From: a virus
Lineage: Duplodnaviria > Caudoviricetes
Strand: one strand, 5' to 3'
IMG/VR virus record: IMGVR_UViG_2915264867_000002
Location: 22,942-86,941 of that record
Length of the DNA: 64,000 nt
The position numbers and the translations under genes were made by a program. Below are positions 9,672-18,055 of this stretch, in pieces. Position 1 is the stretch's first letter, and every line of letters starts with the position of its first letter. Under the pieces are notes generated by a model, which had not been told where the DNA came from, ran no database searches, and saw nothing but the letters and a program-made list of their open reading frames with translations.

Positions 9672-11698
9672 GCCAACACCTCCAAGTCCCAGCCACTCCT
9701 GAAATCGAGTTTGTGAACTCTCCTGACTTCGTACGCAGTTTCATCCCGACCAAGGCGTATGGACCTACCATCACTTTCGACGGCATGCAGATGAAGCGCA
9801 TTCGCACCAGTTCGGGCATTACTCGTTACGCCGCGCATACCGGTACGCGAGTTATGGCGTCGGTGGCGACGTACAGCTGGTGCCGAGATCGGGACACCAA
9901 TATCTCCGAACTGACGCGCATTGAGTTGCCCGCAGGATTGATTTTTAACGGCGAGTATGTGGAATTTGAGTTTCGAGTGGTGGCGCCAATGGGTTTCGGC
10001 TCTGCGCAAATTCGCGCCGAGTTCGGCATCATGCCTGGCGCATCCATCGTTTCGCCCCAATTGATGCAAGTTTCGCCAGGGGCGACGGCGACCGAATTCG
10101 TTGGCCGCATTCGCATGACCGCGATGGATTACAACGCAGCGAAGATTCAAGATATCGGCTCCACGAGTCCTATGACGTTCGCCTCGGGCGGATCTATTCG
10201 AGACCTTAGCCGCACGGTAACGAACACCGTTCGTCTATTGGCTCAGTTTACCGATGGATCGCAGCTCTCGAAAGGCCGCTATGTGAAGGCCGACTTCATG
10301 AGCGCGGAGATCCACGCACTTTCGCCAAACCCGCGTCGCAGCGTGTCGAACTATGTTGACCCAGCCGAGCGCCCCTTCAACAACGAGTCGTTCTGGAACA
10401 TCCCGCTCGTTCGTTACAATGGGCCACCTGGCAACTTGCAAACCGCATCGGACCCTGAAACTGCCGCAATGCGATCCCTGCCCGAAGGCTTCGAGGCATG
10501 GGCCGGCAATTCCGTTTTCTTCTACAAGGCGAAAAGTACGGACCCTATGCAGAAGTGGAACTACACCTCTCGCTCAGATCCGAACAACTACTGGCCCTTC
10601 AAGTCGACCGATTATTACAACGGAGGCAGCCTATGGATGAATACACCCGTCGGCATCACTGCGGCCAGCGCAGGCGGCGACAAAAACATCGGGGTGATCA
10701 CTCCAGATGGCCGCTGGTACGTCGAAGGTATCAACTACATCTACAACCCGGACACGAAAGAACACTCGGTAGGCAATATGACGTGTCACGATCTCTACGG
10801 CTATGGCGCTGTCCGGGTGCATGAGCGGGAAAATCTTGGCGATAGTGGTTCGTCGGTTGGCGTTCGCGGTGCCGGGGTGCCTCTAATTGGCGGGCTGGTG
10901 CGGGGATGGGAGCTGACTGCGGGCAAAATTGACCATGCAATCGTGCTGATCTTGGACGTATCCAAACTCAAGAGTCCCAAAAGTCGCACTGTCTCGCAGC
11001 TGATTAATCAGCGCCCGGTGGTCGTAAATGGCGGGAGCGGATACCGTCTGGGCGAAGTGTTGGTTCTGCAAGGAGGTGCCGCTACCCGCAAGGCAGAAGT
11101 GACCGTCACCAAGGTCAGCCCCGACAGCGGCGCGGTGCTCGCGGTATGGCCTACCAATACCGGCATGTATCCGGCCAATGGCTCGGGGGATATTGTTGGG
11201 GCAAGCGCAACTAAGGCGGACAGCACATCGACCGGGGCCGGTTGCACGATTAGTGTGACCATGCTCGCGGCGCTTTCGCGTAGTGGATCAAGGGTATGGC
11301 CGGCGACCACAGTGGACGGCGCATACACTGAATACACAAACACCATTCCTATGGGTTCCCTGTGGACCATCCCTCCCTGGGTGGATGTAAGTAGCATCTT
11401 TACCTACAAGCCGGCACTGAAGTCGCAAGAGGCTATGACGCTCGCGCGCGCAATCCAAGAATATGGTGCGTACGTGATGGACGTCTCAGAAGCGGGCGCC
11501 ATGTACATGGCAGTCTGCGCCCAAGATGTGACGACAGCTCAATTCAATTCGCTAGTAGGCATGGAAAATTACGTAATGCACAATATGGCGGCGATTCTGA
11601 ACAACCTCGTGATGGTGCGAAATAACACGCCGGAATCTCCAGGGGGTTGGACTGGTGAACGCTACGTGAACCAACGACCGGTTTATCCACTTTTCTAA
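9668..11698 (+). CDS. Putative tail spike/receptor-binding or enzymatic virion protein
   Basis: 676 aa, ATGA-coupled; contains a VNGGSGY fibre-type insert within a globular domain (GLVRGWEL..GKIDHA; WPA; LARAIQEYGAYVMD). Confidence 0.45.
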   Translation: MSQHLQVPATPEIEFVNSPDFVRSFIPTKAYGPTITFDGMQMKRIRTSSGITRYAAHTGTRVMASVATYSWCRDRDTNISELTRIELPAGLIFNGEYVEFEFRVVAPMGFGSAQIRAEFGIMPGASIVSPQLMQVSPGATATEFVGRIRMTAMDYNAAKIQDIGSTSPMTFASGGSIRDLSRTVTNTVRLLAQFTDGSQLSKGRYVKADFMSAEIHALSPNPRRSVSNYVDPAERPFNNESFWNIPLVRYNGPPGNLQTASDPETAAMRSLPEGFEAWAGNSVFFYKAKSTDPMQKWNYTSRSDPNNYWPFKSTDYYNGGSLWMNTPVGITAASAGGDKNIGVITPDGRWYVEGINYIYNPDTKEHSVGNMTCHDLYGYGAVRVHERENLGDSGSSVGVRGAGVPLIGGLVRGWELTAGKIDHAIVLILDVSKLKSPKSRTVSQLINQRPVVVNGGSGYRLGEVLVLQGGAATRKAEVTVTKVSPDSGAVLAVWPTNTGMYPANGSGDIVGASATKADSTSTGAGCTISVTMLAALSRSGSRVWPATTVDGAYTEYTNTIPMGSLWTIPPWVDVSSIFTYKPALKSQEAMTLARAIQEYGAYVMDVSEAGAMYMAVCAQDVTTAQFNSLVGMENYVMHNMAAILNNLVMVRNNTPESPGGWTGERYVNQRPVYPLF

Positions 11699-11772
11699 CT
11701 TTAGAGGGCGGTTGGCCACGCCCCAAAGTCAGCGTCTCGGCGAACTAATCACATTTTTCTCGCGCCCCAACA

Positions 11773-11790
11773 TAAGTCGGTACTGACTTA
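11773..11790. promoter_or_regulatory. 18-bp box TAAGTCGGTACTGACTTA, TAGAAT at 11794
   Basis: Read directly; upstream of lysis cassette. Confidence 0.85.
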
Positions 11791-11864
11791 TGTTAGAATT
11801 CCGGCCAATTCCCTTTGCGAGCGAATGACGAAGGATCGACTTGAATGATTACTGAGGATTTTCA

Positions 11865-12191
11865 ATGCCGCCGAACCAAACCGTCTTCGAAAAGCAAATG
11901 GAAGAGCTGCGCGCCGATATGCGCGGGATGCGCGCCACGATGGGTCAGATTGCCAATGCACTGACCAAGCTCTCCATCTTGGAAGAGCGCAACTTGGCCA
12001 TGCACCAGTCCGTAGAAAAGATCGACACCCGCCTGGAAAAGCTTGAGGCGAAAATGTCCGCCATCGAGCTGGAGCAAGTACGTGCGAACGCGACCGTTGA
12101 CGGCGCCACCAAGACCGTCAAAGTGATGTGGGCCGTAGTGGGCGGCGGCGTACTTTTCCTGGGTTCCCAAATCATCCAGCGCTTCGCATAA
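11865..12191 (+). CDS. Coiled-coil protein with C-terminal TM helix, holin/antiholin-like
   Basis: Heptad region then VMWAVVGGGVLFLG; first gene of lysis cassette. Confidence 0.55.
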   Translation: MPPNQTVFEKQMEELRADMRGMRATMGQIANALTKLSILEERNLAMHQSVEKIDTRLEKLEAKMSAIELEQVRANATVDGATKTVKVMWAVVGGGVLFLGSQIIQRFA

Positions 12192-12199
12192 GGCTGATC

Positions 12200-12637
12200 A
12201 TGAACCTGACTCAACACTTCAGCCTGGCCGAACTGATCGACTCCCAGATCGCCGCGCGCCGCGGCATCGACAACACTCCAGGTGCCGCAATCGTCCCCAA
12301 CCTGCGTCGCGTCGCCGAAACCCTGGAACTGGTTCGCGCTCTGGTTAGTCGCCCTGTGACCGTGTCCAGCGGCTACCGCTCGCCGGCTCTGAACATTGCG
12401 GCCGGCGGCTCACGCAGCAGCGCCCACCTGAAAGGCCTGGCGGCAGATATCAATGTGACCGGAATCGCCGCAAGAGACCTGGCCAAGACAATTGCCAAAT
12501 CCAGCATTGCCTTCGATCAGCTTATTTACGAGGGCACTTGGGTCCACGTCGGTTTGTCCGAAGGAGCGCCGCGCCGCGAGGTACTCACCGCCTGGTTTAA
12601 GCCTGGTGGCGTCACTTACACCAAAGGCATTTCGTAA
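12200..12637 (+). CDS. Endolysin, peptidase M15 family
   Basis: SGYRSPALN...GS..SAH..GLAADI and WVHVG zinc-peptidase motifs; ATG 12200. Confidence 0.9.
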   Translation: MNLTQHFSLAELIDSQIAARRGIDNTPGAAIVPNLRRVAETLELVRALVSRPVTVSSGYRSPALNIAAGGSRSSAHLKGLAADINVTGIAARDLAKTIAKSSIAFDQLIYEGTWVHVGLSEGAPRREVLTAWFKPGGVTYTKGIS

Positions 12638-12674
12638 CGACTTGCGGCCGGCAGCCGCCCAATGAAAGGAAACC

Positions 12675-12890
12675 ATGCTGGACAAATTACGCAACGCCTG
12701 GCGCTCGCGCACCATCTGGATAAACGCTACCCTTCTCGGGCTGCTGCCCCTGTTCGACATGATCAACTCCGCCCTGCCGCAGTTGCACGAATTTCTTCCG
12801 GAGAACATGTACAAGACTGTTGGCGTTGCGACGGTGCTGGTCAACATCTTGCTGCGCTTCTTCACCTCTACCTCGCTGGAGAACAAGTGA
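12675..12890 (+). CDS. Putative holin
   Basis: 71 aa, two hydrophobic helices, between endolysin and spanins. Confidence 0.6.
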   Translation: MLDKLRNAWRSRTIWINATLLGLLPLFDMINSALPQLHEFLPENMYKTVGVATVLVNILLRFFTSTSLENK

Positions 12891-13309
12891 GCACCCGGGC
12901 GGTTGCTGTCGCAGCCCTTCTCGGTGTCTCGCTCGGCTGTATAGGCGGCTACTGGGCCAAAGTGAAGCTTGACCATGCGTCAAGTTCCGCCGCCAGCATC
13001 GACGCTCGCCGCGAGACTTCTGTCGGGATCGTGAGGGCGGCCGAAGCAAGCGTGTCGCTCGGCGCTCAAATTTCTTCCGACAGCACGCGCATCGATCAAC
13101 TGCGGGTGGCGGCCGCCAAACGGACCGCAAAGTACCTTCTCAAACCCATCGCGCCATTAAATGAAAACACCGCCCCTGAAGCGCCCTTATCTCCTCTTGA
13201 TCGAAGCCATTCTGGCCTTGTTCTTGATGCTGGGACTGTTCGGCTGCTCAACGCAGCGCGCACCGGCCGTCTCGTGGTCGATCCCAGCGGAGACACTGCG
13301 CAAGAGTGA
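12887..13309 (+). CDS. Putative i-spanin (Rz-like)
   Basis: GTG 12887 overlaps holin stop; N-terminal TM AVAVAALLGVSLGCIGGYW then helical periplasmic part. Confidence 0.6.
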   Translation: MSTRAVAVAALLGVSLGCIGGYWAKVKLDHASSSAASIDARRETSVGIVRAAEASVSLGAQISSDSTRIDQLRVAAAKRTAKYLLKPIAPLNENTAPEAPLSPLDRSHSGLVLDAGTVRLLNAARTGRLVVDPSGDTAQE

Positions 13310-13496
13310 TCCGCTGCCTGAGATCGCGCTCGATCCAAAAGCTGCCGACGACGACGCTACAAACATCGACCTGCCAGCCATGGTGCAGATTGACTTGGCG
13401 CTGACAAAAACATGCCGCGCGGTGATTGCCCGCCACAATTTGCTGGTCGACGAAGTCATGGCATATCTGCGCAAGCAAGCAGATGCCGGTCAATAA
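13161..13496 (+). CDS. Putative o-spanin lipoprotein (Rz1-like)
   Basis: Signal with lipobox LFGC; overlaps the 3' end of the Rz-like gene in another frame. Confidence 0.7.
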   Translation: MKTPPLKRPYLLLIEAILALFLMLGLFGCSTQRAPAVSWSIPAETLRKSDPLPEIALDPKAADDDATNIDLPAMVQIDLALTKTCRAVIARHNLLVDEVMAYLRKQADAGQ

Positions 13497-13513
13497 AATT
13501 TTACCCTTGAGAA

Positions 13514-13531
13514 TAAGTAAGTACTGACTTA
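13514..13531. promoter_or_regulatory. 18-bp box TAAGTAAGTACTGACTTA within TTACCC-N23-TATTAT
   Basis: Read directly. Confidence 0.85.
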
Positions 13532-13562
13532 TTATTCCTAATCTTTTATTTTTGGAAGTTAG

Positions 13563-13868
13563 ATGATTATCAAGAACCCCCGGGTGCTGCTACATCGAAG
13601 CCAGGTCGGACCGGACGACACCATCGAGTCATTCGACTCTCACCAAAAATTTGTCGCCGTCTTGCAGTCCGGCACGGCTATCACCGTAAAGGTCGAAATG
13701 AGTATGGACGGCACTAATGGCTGGCAGGAGGTTTGCACCTTTGACCTGGATACTGTCGGTCAGGAGCTGGATACCGGCCTGCTGGTAATCCCCATGCGTT
13801 TCATTCGCGCAACCGTCATCGCTCAATCCGGCCCTACTCCAAGTGCCATCGTCTACATGGGGAATTAA
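13563..13868 (+). CDS. Hypothetical protein (beta-rich, probably structural)
   Basis: SD GGAAG, 101 aa. Confidence 0.6.
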   Translation: MIIKNPRVLLHRSQVGPDDTIESFDSHQKFVAVLQSGTAITVKVEMSMDGTNGWQEVCTFDLDTVGQELDTGLLVIPMRFIRATVIAQSGPTPSAIVYMGN

Positions 13869-14473
13869 TGGGCGCTCTCAAAATCAACTCCGTCGTCACT
13901 AAAGCAGGCGCTGGCGGCGTTGCGCCGCAAGTGGTGGTGAGTGGCGGCAATAGCGTCGGCAGCGTTCTGACGGCTGCGCCTGGCGAGGGCTGGGCTTGGA
14001 CTGTAGGGACTTGGAAGCGTGACGGCATCGCACTGGTGACGAATTTGCAGTACACCCGCGCGAAGGCAGACATCGGAAAGCGGCTCACTTTTATTCCCGA
14101 AAACCCAACCCCACTGCTGAAAGTTGACGACACGGTACCTGGCATTCCTGGCAGCCCAACCATTACTGCAGTCACTGCCGGTGACGGCTTCGTCCAGGTA
14201 ACTTTCGCAGCGCCGGCTGACGACGGCGGCGGAAATATCTCGCTGTACCGCCTACAGCTCGACAACGGCGCATTCACGGAAGGCATGCAAAGCCCACTGA
14301 AAGTCGCCGCGCAAAACGGCATTAAACGCACTCCGGTGATGTTTGCCAAAAACGAATCCGGCTGGAGCTTGTCGTCGGTGCCTGGCGCTTCCGTGACGCC
14401 ATCGGTACCTGCGCCTCAGTCTAAGTCTTCCGCTGCTGTAGGCGCATCTGCAGTCGGCTCCTCCCCTCTTTAA
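13868..14473 (+). CDS. Fibronectin type III-like virion protein
   Basis: PGSPTITAVTAGDG.VQVTFAAPADDGGGNISLY...AKNESGWS..S FN3 pattern; TAATG overlap. Confidence 0.7.
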   Translation: MGALKINSVVTKAGAGGVAPQVVVSGGNSVGSVLTAAPGEGWAWTVGTWKRDGIALVTNLQYTRAKADIGKRLTFIPENPTPLLKVDDTVPGIPGSPTITAVTAGDGFVQVTFAAPADDGGGNISLYRLQLDNGAFTEGMQSPLKVAAQNGIKRTPVMFAKNESGWSLSSVPGASVTPSVPAPQSKSSAAVGASAVGSSPL

Positions 14474-14489
14474 CCACTGATAGGAAAGC

Positions 14490-16040
14490 ATGAACCAACA
14501 AATTTTCGGAAACGGCACAGCCGGCATTGCCCTGGTCGAAGCCATCGGCGCTGCTGCGATGTCGATGAAGGTGTCCGTCGCTGACGCGGCCAAGCTGCCG
14601 GCGTTGACTAACGGCGACTTCCTCATGCTCACGCTAACGTCAGCTACCCTGGCTGGAGTGTATGAGGTGGCGAAGGCCAACGCCATCGATACCGCGACCG
14701 GCATCATCACGCTCTCCGCGCGCGCTGTAGAAGGCGTAGCGATCGCATGGGCTGCCGGCGACACAGCCGAGGTACGCGTGACTGCAAAGTTCTTGAACGA
14801 GCTGCCCAGCGCCGCATCACTGAAATTGGCAGCTAAGGCCAAGGTAACGACGCGCGGCCTGATCAAAACTGCAGGCTCTGGTGCCCAGCTTGTTGAGGGG
14901 CAAGCCGTTGGCCGCACTATTTTCAAAATCCGCGCACCCGCCGCATTTGATCGTGTTCGCTTTTGGGCACTCCACCGCAGTCCTCGAGAGGCATTGGGCA
15001 TTCGCTTTGCAGTTGCGCCTACCGAACAGCCGCTGAACGATACCATTGCCAACGCTTTCCATCCCCGTCAGGGCGGAAACTCCTTCAACGTTGCGCAAAG
15101 TGCGGCAGCTCCGGCCGGCTGGCGCGCAGGCAAGTTCGGCGGCGCCGACTCCATCGATTTGCTGCCAAGTCATGGATTCCGTGGCGCCTGGGGGCCAACC
15201 GGTAGCTACCAAGCGATTCCAGACATCGGCGTATCGGATTGGATCGATTGCCCAAGTATTGCGGCACTGGACGGCGGTGGCCCATGTCTGTTGGTGCGCT
15301 ATCTGGCCAGCGGCACGCCAGCCGGAACGGAAATTACCAATGGCGGTCCGACCCTCAATGGCTCGACCACGTTTGGCACTGCCGGCGACTTCGTTTCAGA
15401 CCTCACCATTGTGCCAACCGCCGTGCCAGGGACCACCAAGTTCTACATTCCCGGCTTCTGCATCGAGTTCGATTTCCGCGTGAAGGCGCGCTCTTTTGCG
15501 GTGCCAGGTGATTCCAACTCGGAAGGTTACGGCTGGATGTATGCCGCGATTGCTGAAATGTCCACGCCAGAGCGCCCGTACGTCTCGGCAAATCTCGGTA
15601 TGTCCACCCACCGCGAGATTGAGTATATGGCCAATTTCCGCCAGTTCCTCAAGCGCGGCTACCGACCGACCGACGTGCTGATCCCGTCGTTTAGCCACAA
15701 CGATTTCCAGACCATCCCTAACAAGGTGGGCTTTGATCGCCAGCGTAACCGCATTCTGCAAGCCCTCGACCTGTGCGACAGCATCGGTGCGAAAGCTTGG
15801 ATCTGGACTCATTTCCGCGGCACCAATACCGGCGTTTCGCCCGATGACTGGACTTGTATCGAGTTCAACCAGTGGATTCGTAATTTGGCAGCCACCACTG
15901 GCCGCTTCACGCTGGTGGACGTTGCGAAAGACTGGAATTCCGCGACGATGGTAGCGGCGGACAAGACTCACTTTAACGAGTTGGGCAAAGCGAAGGCAAA
16001 AGCCGACTTCAAAGCCGTACTCATGATGGAGAACGCATAA
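14490..16040 (+). CDS. SGNH/GDSL hydrolase-domain protein, probable tail spike/esterase
   Basis: GDSNSEG (block I), NLGMS (II), SHNDF (III), DKTHFN (V); N-terminal fibre-anchor-like domain. Confidence 0.75.
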   Translation: MNQQIFGNGTAGIALVEAIGAAAMSMKVSVADAAKLPALTNGDFLMLTLTSATLAGVYEVAKANAIDTATGIITLSARAVEGVAIAWAAGDTAEVRVTAKFLNELPSAASLKLAAKAKVTTRGLIKTAGSGAQLVEGQAVGRTIFKIRAPAAFDRVRFWALHRSPREALGIRFAVAPTEQPLNDTIANAFHPRQGGNSFNVAQSAAAPAGWRAGKFGGADSIDLLPSHGFRGAWGPTGSYQAIPDIGVSDWIDCPSIAALDGGGPCLLVRYLASGTPAGTEITNGGPTLNGSTTFGTAGDFVSDLTIVPTAVPGTTKFYIPGFCIEFDFRVKARSFAVPGDSNSEGYGWMYAAIAEMSTPERPYVSANLGMSTHREIEYMANFRQFLKRGYRPTDVLIPSFSHNDFQTIPNKVGFDRQRNRILQALDLCDSIGAKAWIWTHFRGTNTGVSPDDWTCIEFNQWIRNLAATTGRFTLVDVAKDWNSATMVAADKTHFNELGKAKAKADFKAVLMMENA

Positions 16041-16621
16041 TGACTGTAATTACCAAACGACAAGGCGCGCCCTACGTGGGGCTTATGACTCCGAGCATTT
16101 CGGGTGAAGTCATCAGTGATGCCGTCGCGGCGCCAAGCACTACTATCACCGCAGCAGCCGGCGCTTTCCAGAACTTGACGACAGCTGACAATACTGGCTT
16201 TTCGCCTGGTGATATTGTTGAAATCGTAGGCAGCGGTCCGGCAGGTACGGATGACTGGTTCACTGCCGTGACTATTGGCAACTCGAATATGACGGCCGAT
16301 ACCACGAAAGTTAGCATCCGGCAACTCAAGCCCATTTCTGCTGCGGTTGCCTCGGCGGCGATGACGCAGTATCAATTCGTAGATACGGTTTATGCGCCGA
16401 ACTCGATCACCCTGTTCAATCGCGCAACGCTGGACTCCTACGAATGGAAGCGTGGCTATTCGCAAAACACCGCGCTGAAGACCTCCGCTAACGGTGTTCG
16501 CACCAAACTCACGTCGGCCGCCATCGTTCAATCGCCAGTCGGCTTTTGGTTCCACCCGAGCTTGATCGGGCTGAACAACACGCTGGAGTGGTCCGTGACA
16601 TTCGAAATGCCGGCAGAGTAA
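16040..16621 (+). CDS. Hypothetical structural protein
   Basis: TAATG-coupled to SGNH gene, beta-rich. Confidence 0.6.
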   Translation: MTVITKRQGAPYVGLMTPSISGEVISDAVAAPSTTITAAAGAFQNLTTADNTGFSPGDIVEIVGSGPAGTDDWFTAVTIGNSNMTADTTKVSIRQLKPISAAVASAAMTQYQFVDTVYAPNSITLFNRATLDSYEWKRGYSQNTALKTSANGVRTKLTSAAIVQSPVGFWFHPSLIGLNNTLEWSVTFEMPAE

Positions 16622-16627
16622 CTACAC

Positions 16628-16655
16628 AAAAGCCCGCCTAAACAGCGGGCTTTTT
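16628..16655 (+). terminator. Rho-independent terminator (bidirectional shape)
   Basis: AAAAGCCCGC-CTAAACA-GCGGGC-TTTTT. Confidence 0.85.
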
Positions 16656-16676
16656 CTCTTGCACGGCATTTGTCGG

Positions 16677-16694
16677 TATATAAGTACTGACTTA
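16677..16694. promoter_or_regulatory. 18-bp box variant TATATAAGTACTGACTTA
   Basis: Read directly. Confidence 0.7.
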
Positions 16695-16849
16695 TCATTG
16701 GTCCTGTCAACAGGGTGGGCACGTTTCCCGACTTGGGGTTACTTGGGGCCGCCACTAGGTTTCTATAAGTAATAACTACAATCTGTATAACTGTATATCT
16801 TCAATTCATTAAATAAAGAAGTAATTTAGGGAACGGTAAGGCACACCCA

Positions 16850-17566
16850 ATGACCCAAGCAACCTCAACCGAGCTGACGGAAACCTTCGGCCCCTATTTC
16901 GGTTCCGAACTTGACTGGAGCAGCTGCGAGATTTTGGCCATTGCCAAGATCGACCGCAAGCTTCTCGGCCTGGATACGGCACTATACGAGAAGAAATGGT
17001 TCGACTATCGCAACATGCACCCGACAATGGCGACGTACCTGTTTGCGCACCACTTCAATCGGGCATATGGCGACTTCATGGGCGAGTGCTTCGACCACAA
17101 GAAGCGCTTCATGGCGGCCTTTAAAGGCAAAGACGTGATGGCGGCCCGGGAGGTGAAATCGTTTTGGAAGCTCCGCCAGAAGGTGGACGATATGGGAATG
17201 CGGTACGACTTTTTCATGCGTGAGGCAATGGCCTGGTGCGCCGGCCGCGGGTGGAAGCAACCGCCCCGCCCTGCTCACCTCGCTACCCAGGACGAAGTGC
17301 TACTGCATGTGTCCAACATGTGGGAGTTGGAAAAGCGGGCCAAAATCCAATGGGCGGTGTCCGCCCGTTTTAAGGTCCAGAACTACGTCGGCGCCCCCGA
17401 CCAGCTGGCCTATGAGCAGTACCTAATCTCGGCAATCGCCTCCCGCGCGCATCCGAAATTCAGCTTACACGCCGCTCTGCATCAGTACGAAGCACTGCGG
17501 ATCGAGGCCGCAATCAGCCATTTCCCCGAGCAGGCAATTCGCGAGGCGTGCGAGATAAGCCTGTAA
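16850..17566 (+). CDS. Conserved phage protein upstream of helicase (possible initiator/helicase loader)
   Basis: KKWFDYRNMHP.MAT.LF and PRPAHL motifs recalled from the SSU5/pHCM2-group gene at the same position; function inferred from synteny. Confidence 0.5.
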   Translation: MTQATSTELTETFGPYFGSELDWSSCEILAIAKIDRKLLGLDTALYEKKWFDYRNMHPTMATYLFAHHFNRAYGDFMGECFDHKKRFMAAFKGKDVMAAREVKSFWKLRQKVDDMGMRYDFFMREAMAWCAGRGWKQPPRPAHLATQDEVLLHVSNMWELEKRAKIQWAVSARFKVQNYVGAPDQLAYEQYLISAIASRAHPKFSLHAALHQYEALRIEAAISHFPEQAIREACEISL

Positions 17567-17569
17567 AAG

Positions 17570-17587
17570 TAAGTAAGTACTGAGCTA
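17570..17587. promoter_or_regulatory. 18-bp box TAAGTAAGTACTGAGCTA overlapping TATAAT (17586-17591)
   Basis: Read directly. Confidence 0.85.
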
Positions 17588-17638
17588 TAATTCGACCATT
17601 GCGAAAGTTCGCACCTCACCCACGTAATGGAGAATCAC

Positions 17639-18055
17639 ATGAACGCACCCCTGCACCGTACGCCGTCAGTTGATGATCGTGTACGCGCTGATCAAATCGC
17701 AGAAGCGCGTCGCTTATCGGAGAGCGAAGGCGTGGCCTTCAATGGCTTTCAACCCCGTCGCACTCTCACTGCCAACCGCCCTTCTCGCCCCACTCCGGCA
17801 GCCAAGAATGGTCCCGCCCCCTTGAAGGGTCACGAAGCGTTCTTGAAGGCGCTCGAGAAGTCGGGCGCCAACGTGATCGTGCAAAAGATCAGCGACGGCG
17901 AAGACATCCAGGGCACGATCGCACACAGCGACAAGTGGACGGTGACCATGCGCTCGGCCGGCAAGGACCGCGTCATCTTCAAGCACGACATCAGCGAGTT
18001 CAGCACCACCACCCCGCGGCTGGCGCCAGCCGCTTCGGAAGGACAGTCGGTATGA
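17639..18055 (+). CDS. hfq-like: Hfq-like Sm-fold protein with N-terminal disordered extension
   Basis: HEAFLKALEKSGANV...GEDIQGTIAHSDKWTVTMR...RVIFKHDIS aligns with Hfq QDPFLNALRRERVPV...GIKLQGQIESFDQFVILLK...MVYKHAIS; SD GGAG favours ATG 17639 (alternative 17627). Confidence 0.7.
   Translation: MNAPLHRTPSVDDRVRADQIAEARRLSESEGVAFNGFQPRRTLTANRPSRPTPAAKNGPAPLKGHEAFLKALEKSGANVIVQKISDGEDIQGTIAHSDKWTVTMRSAGKDRVIFKHDISEFSTTTPRLAPAASEGQSV

Noticed and set aside
8907-16621. Invertible tail-fibre cassette (shufflon)
   Set aside because: All fibre genes are on one strand; no invertase or inverted crossover sites seen.
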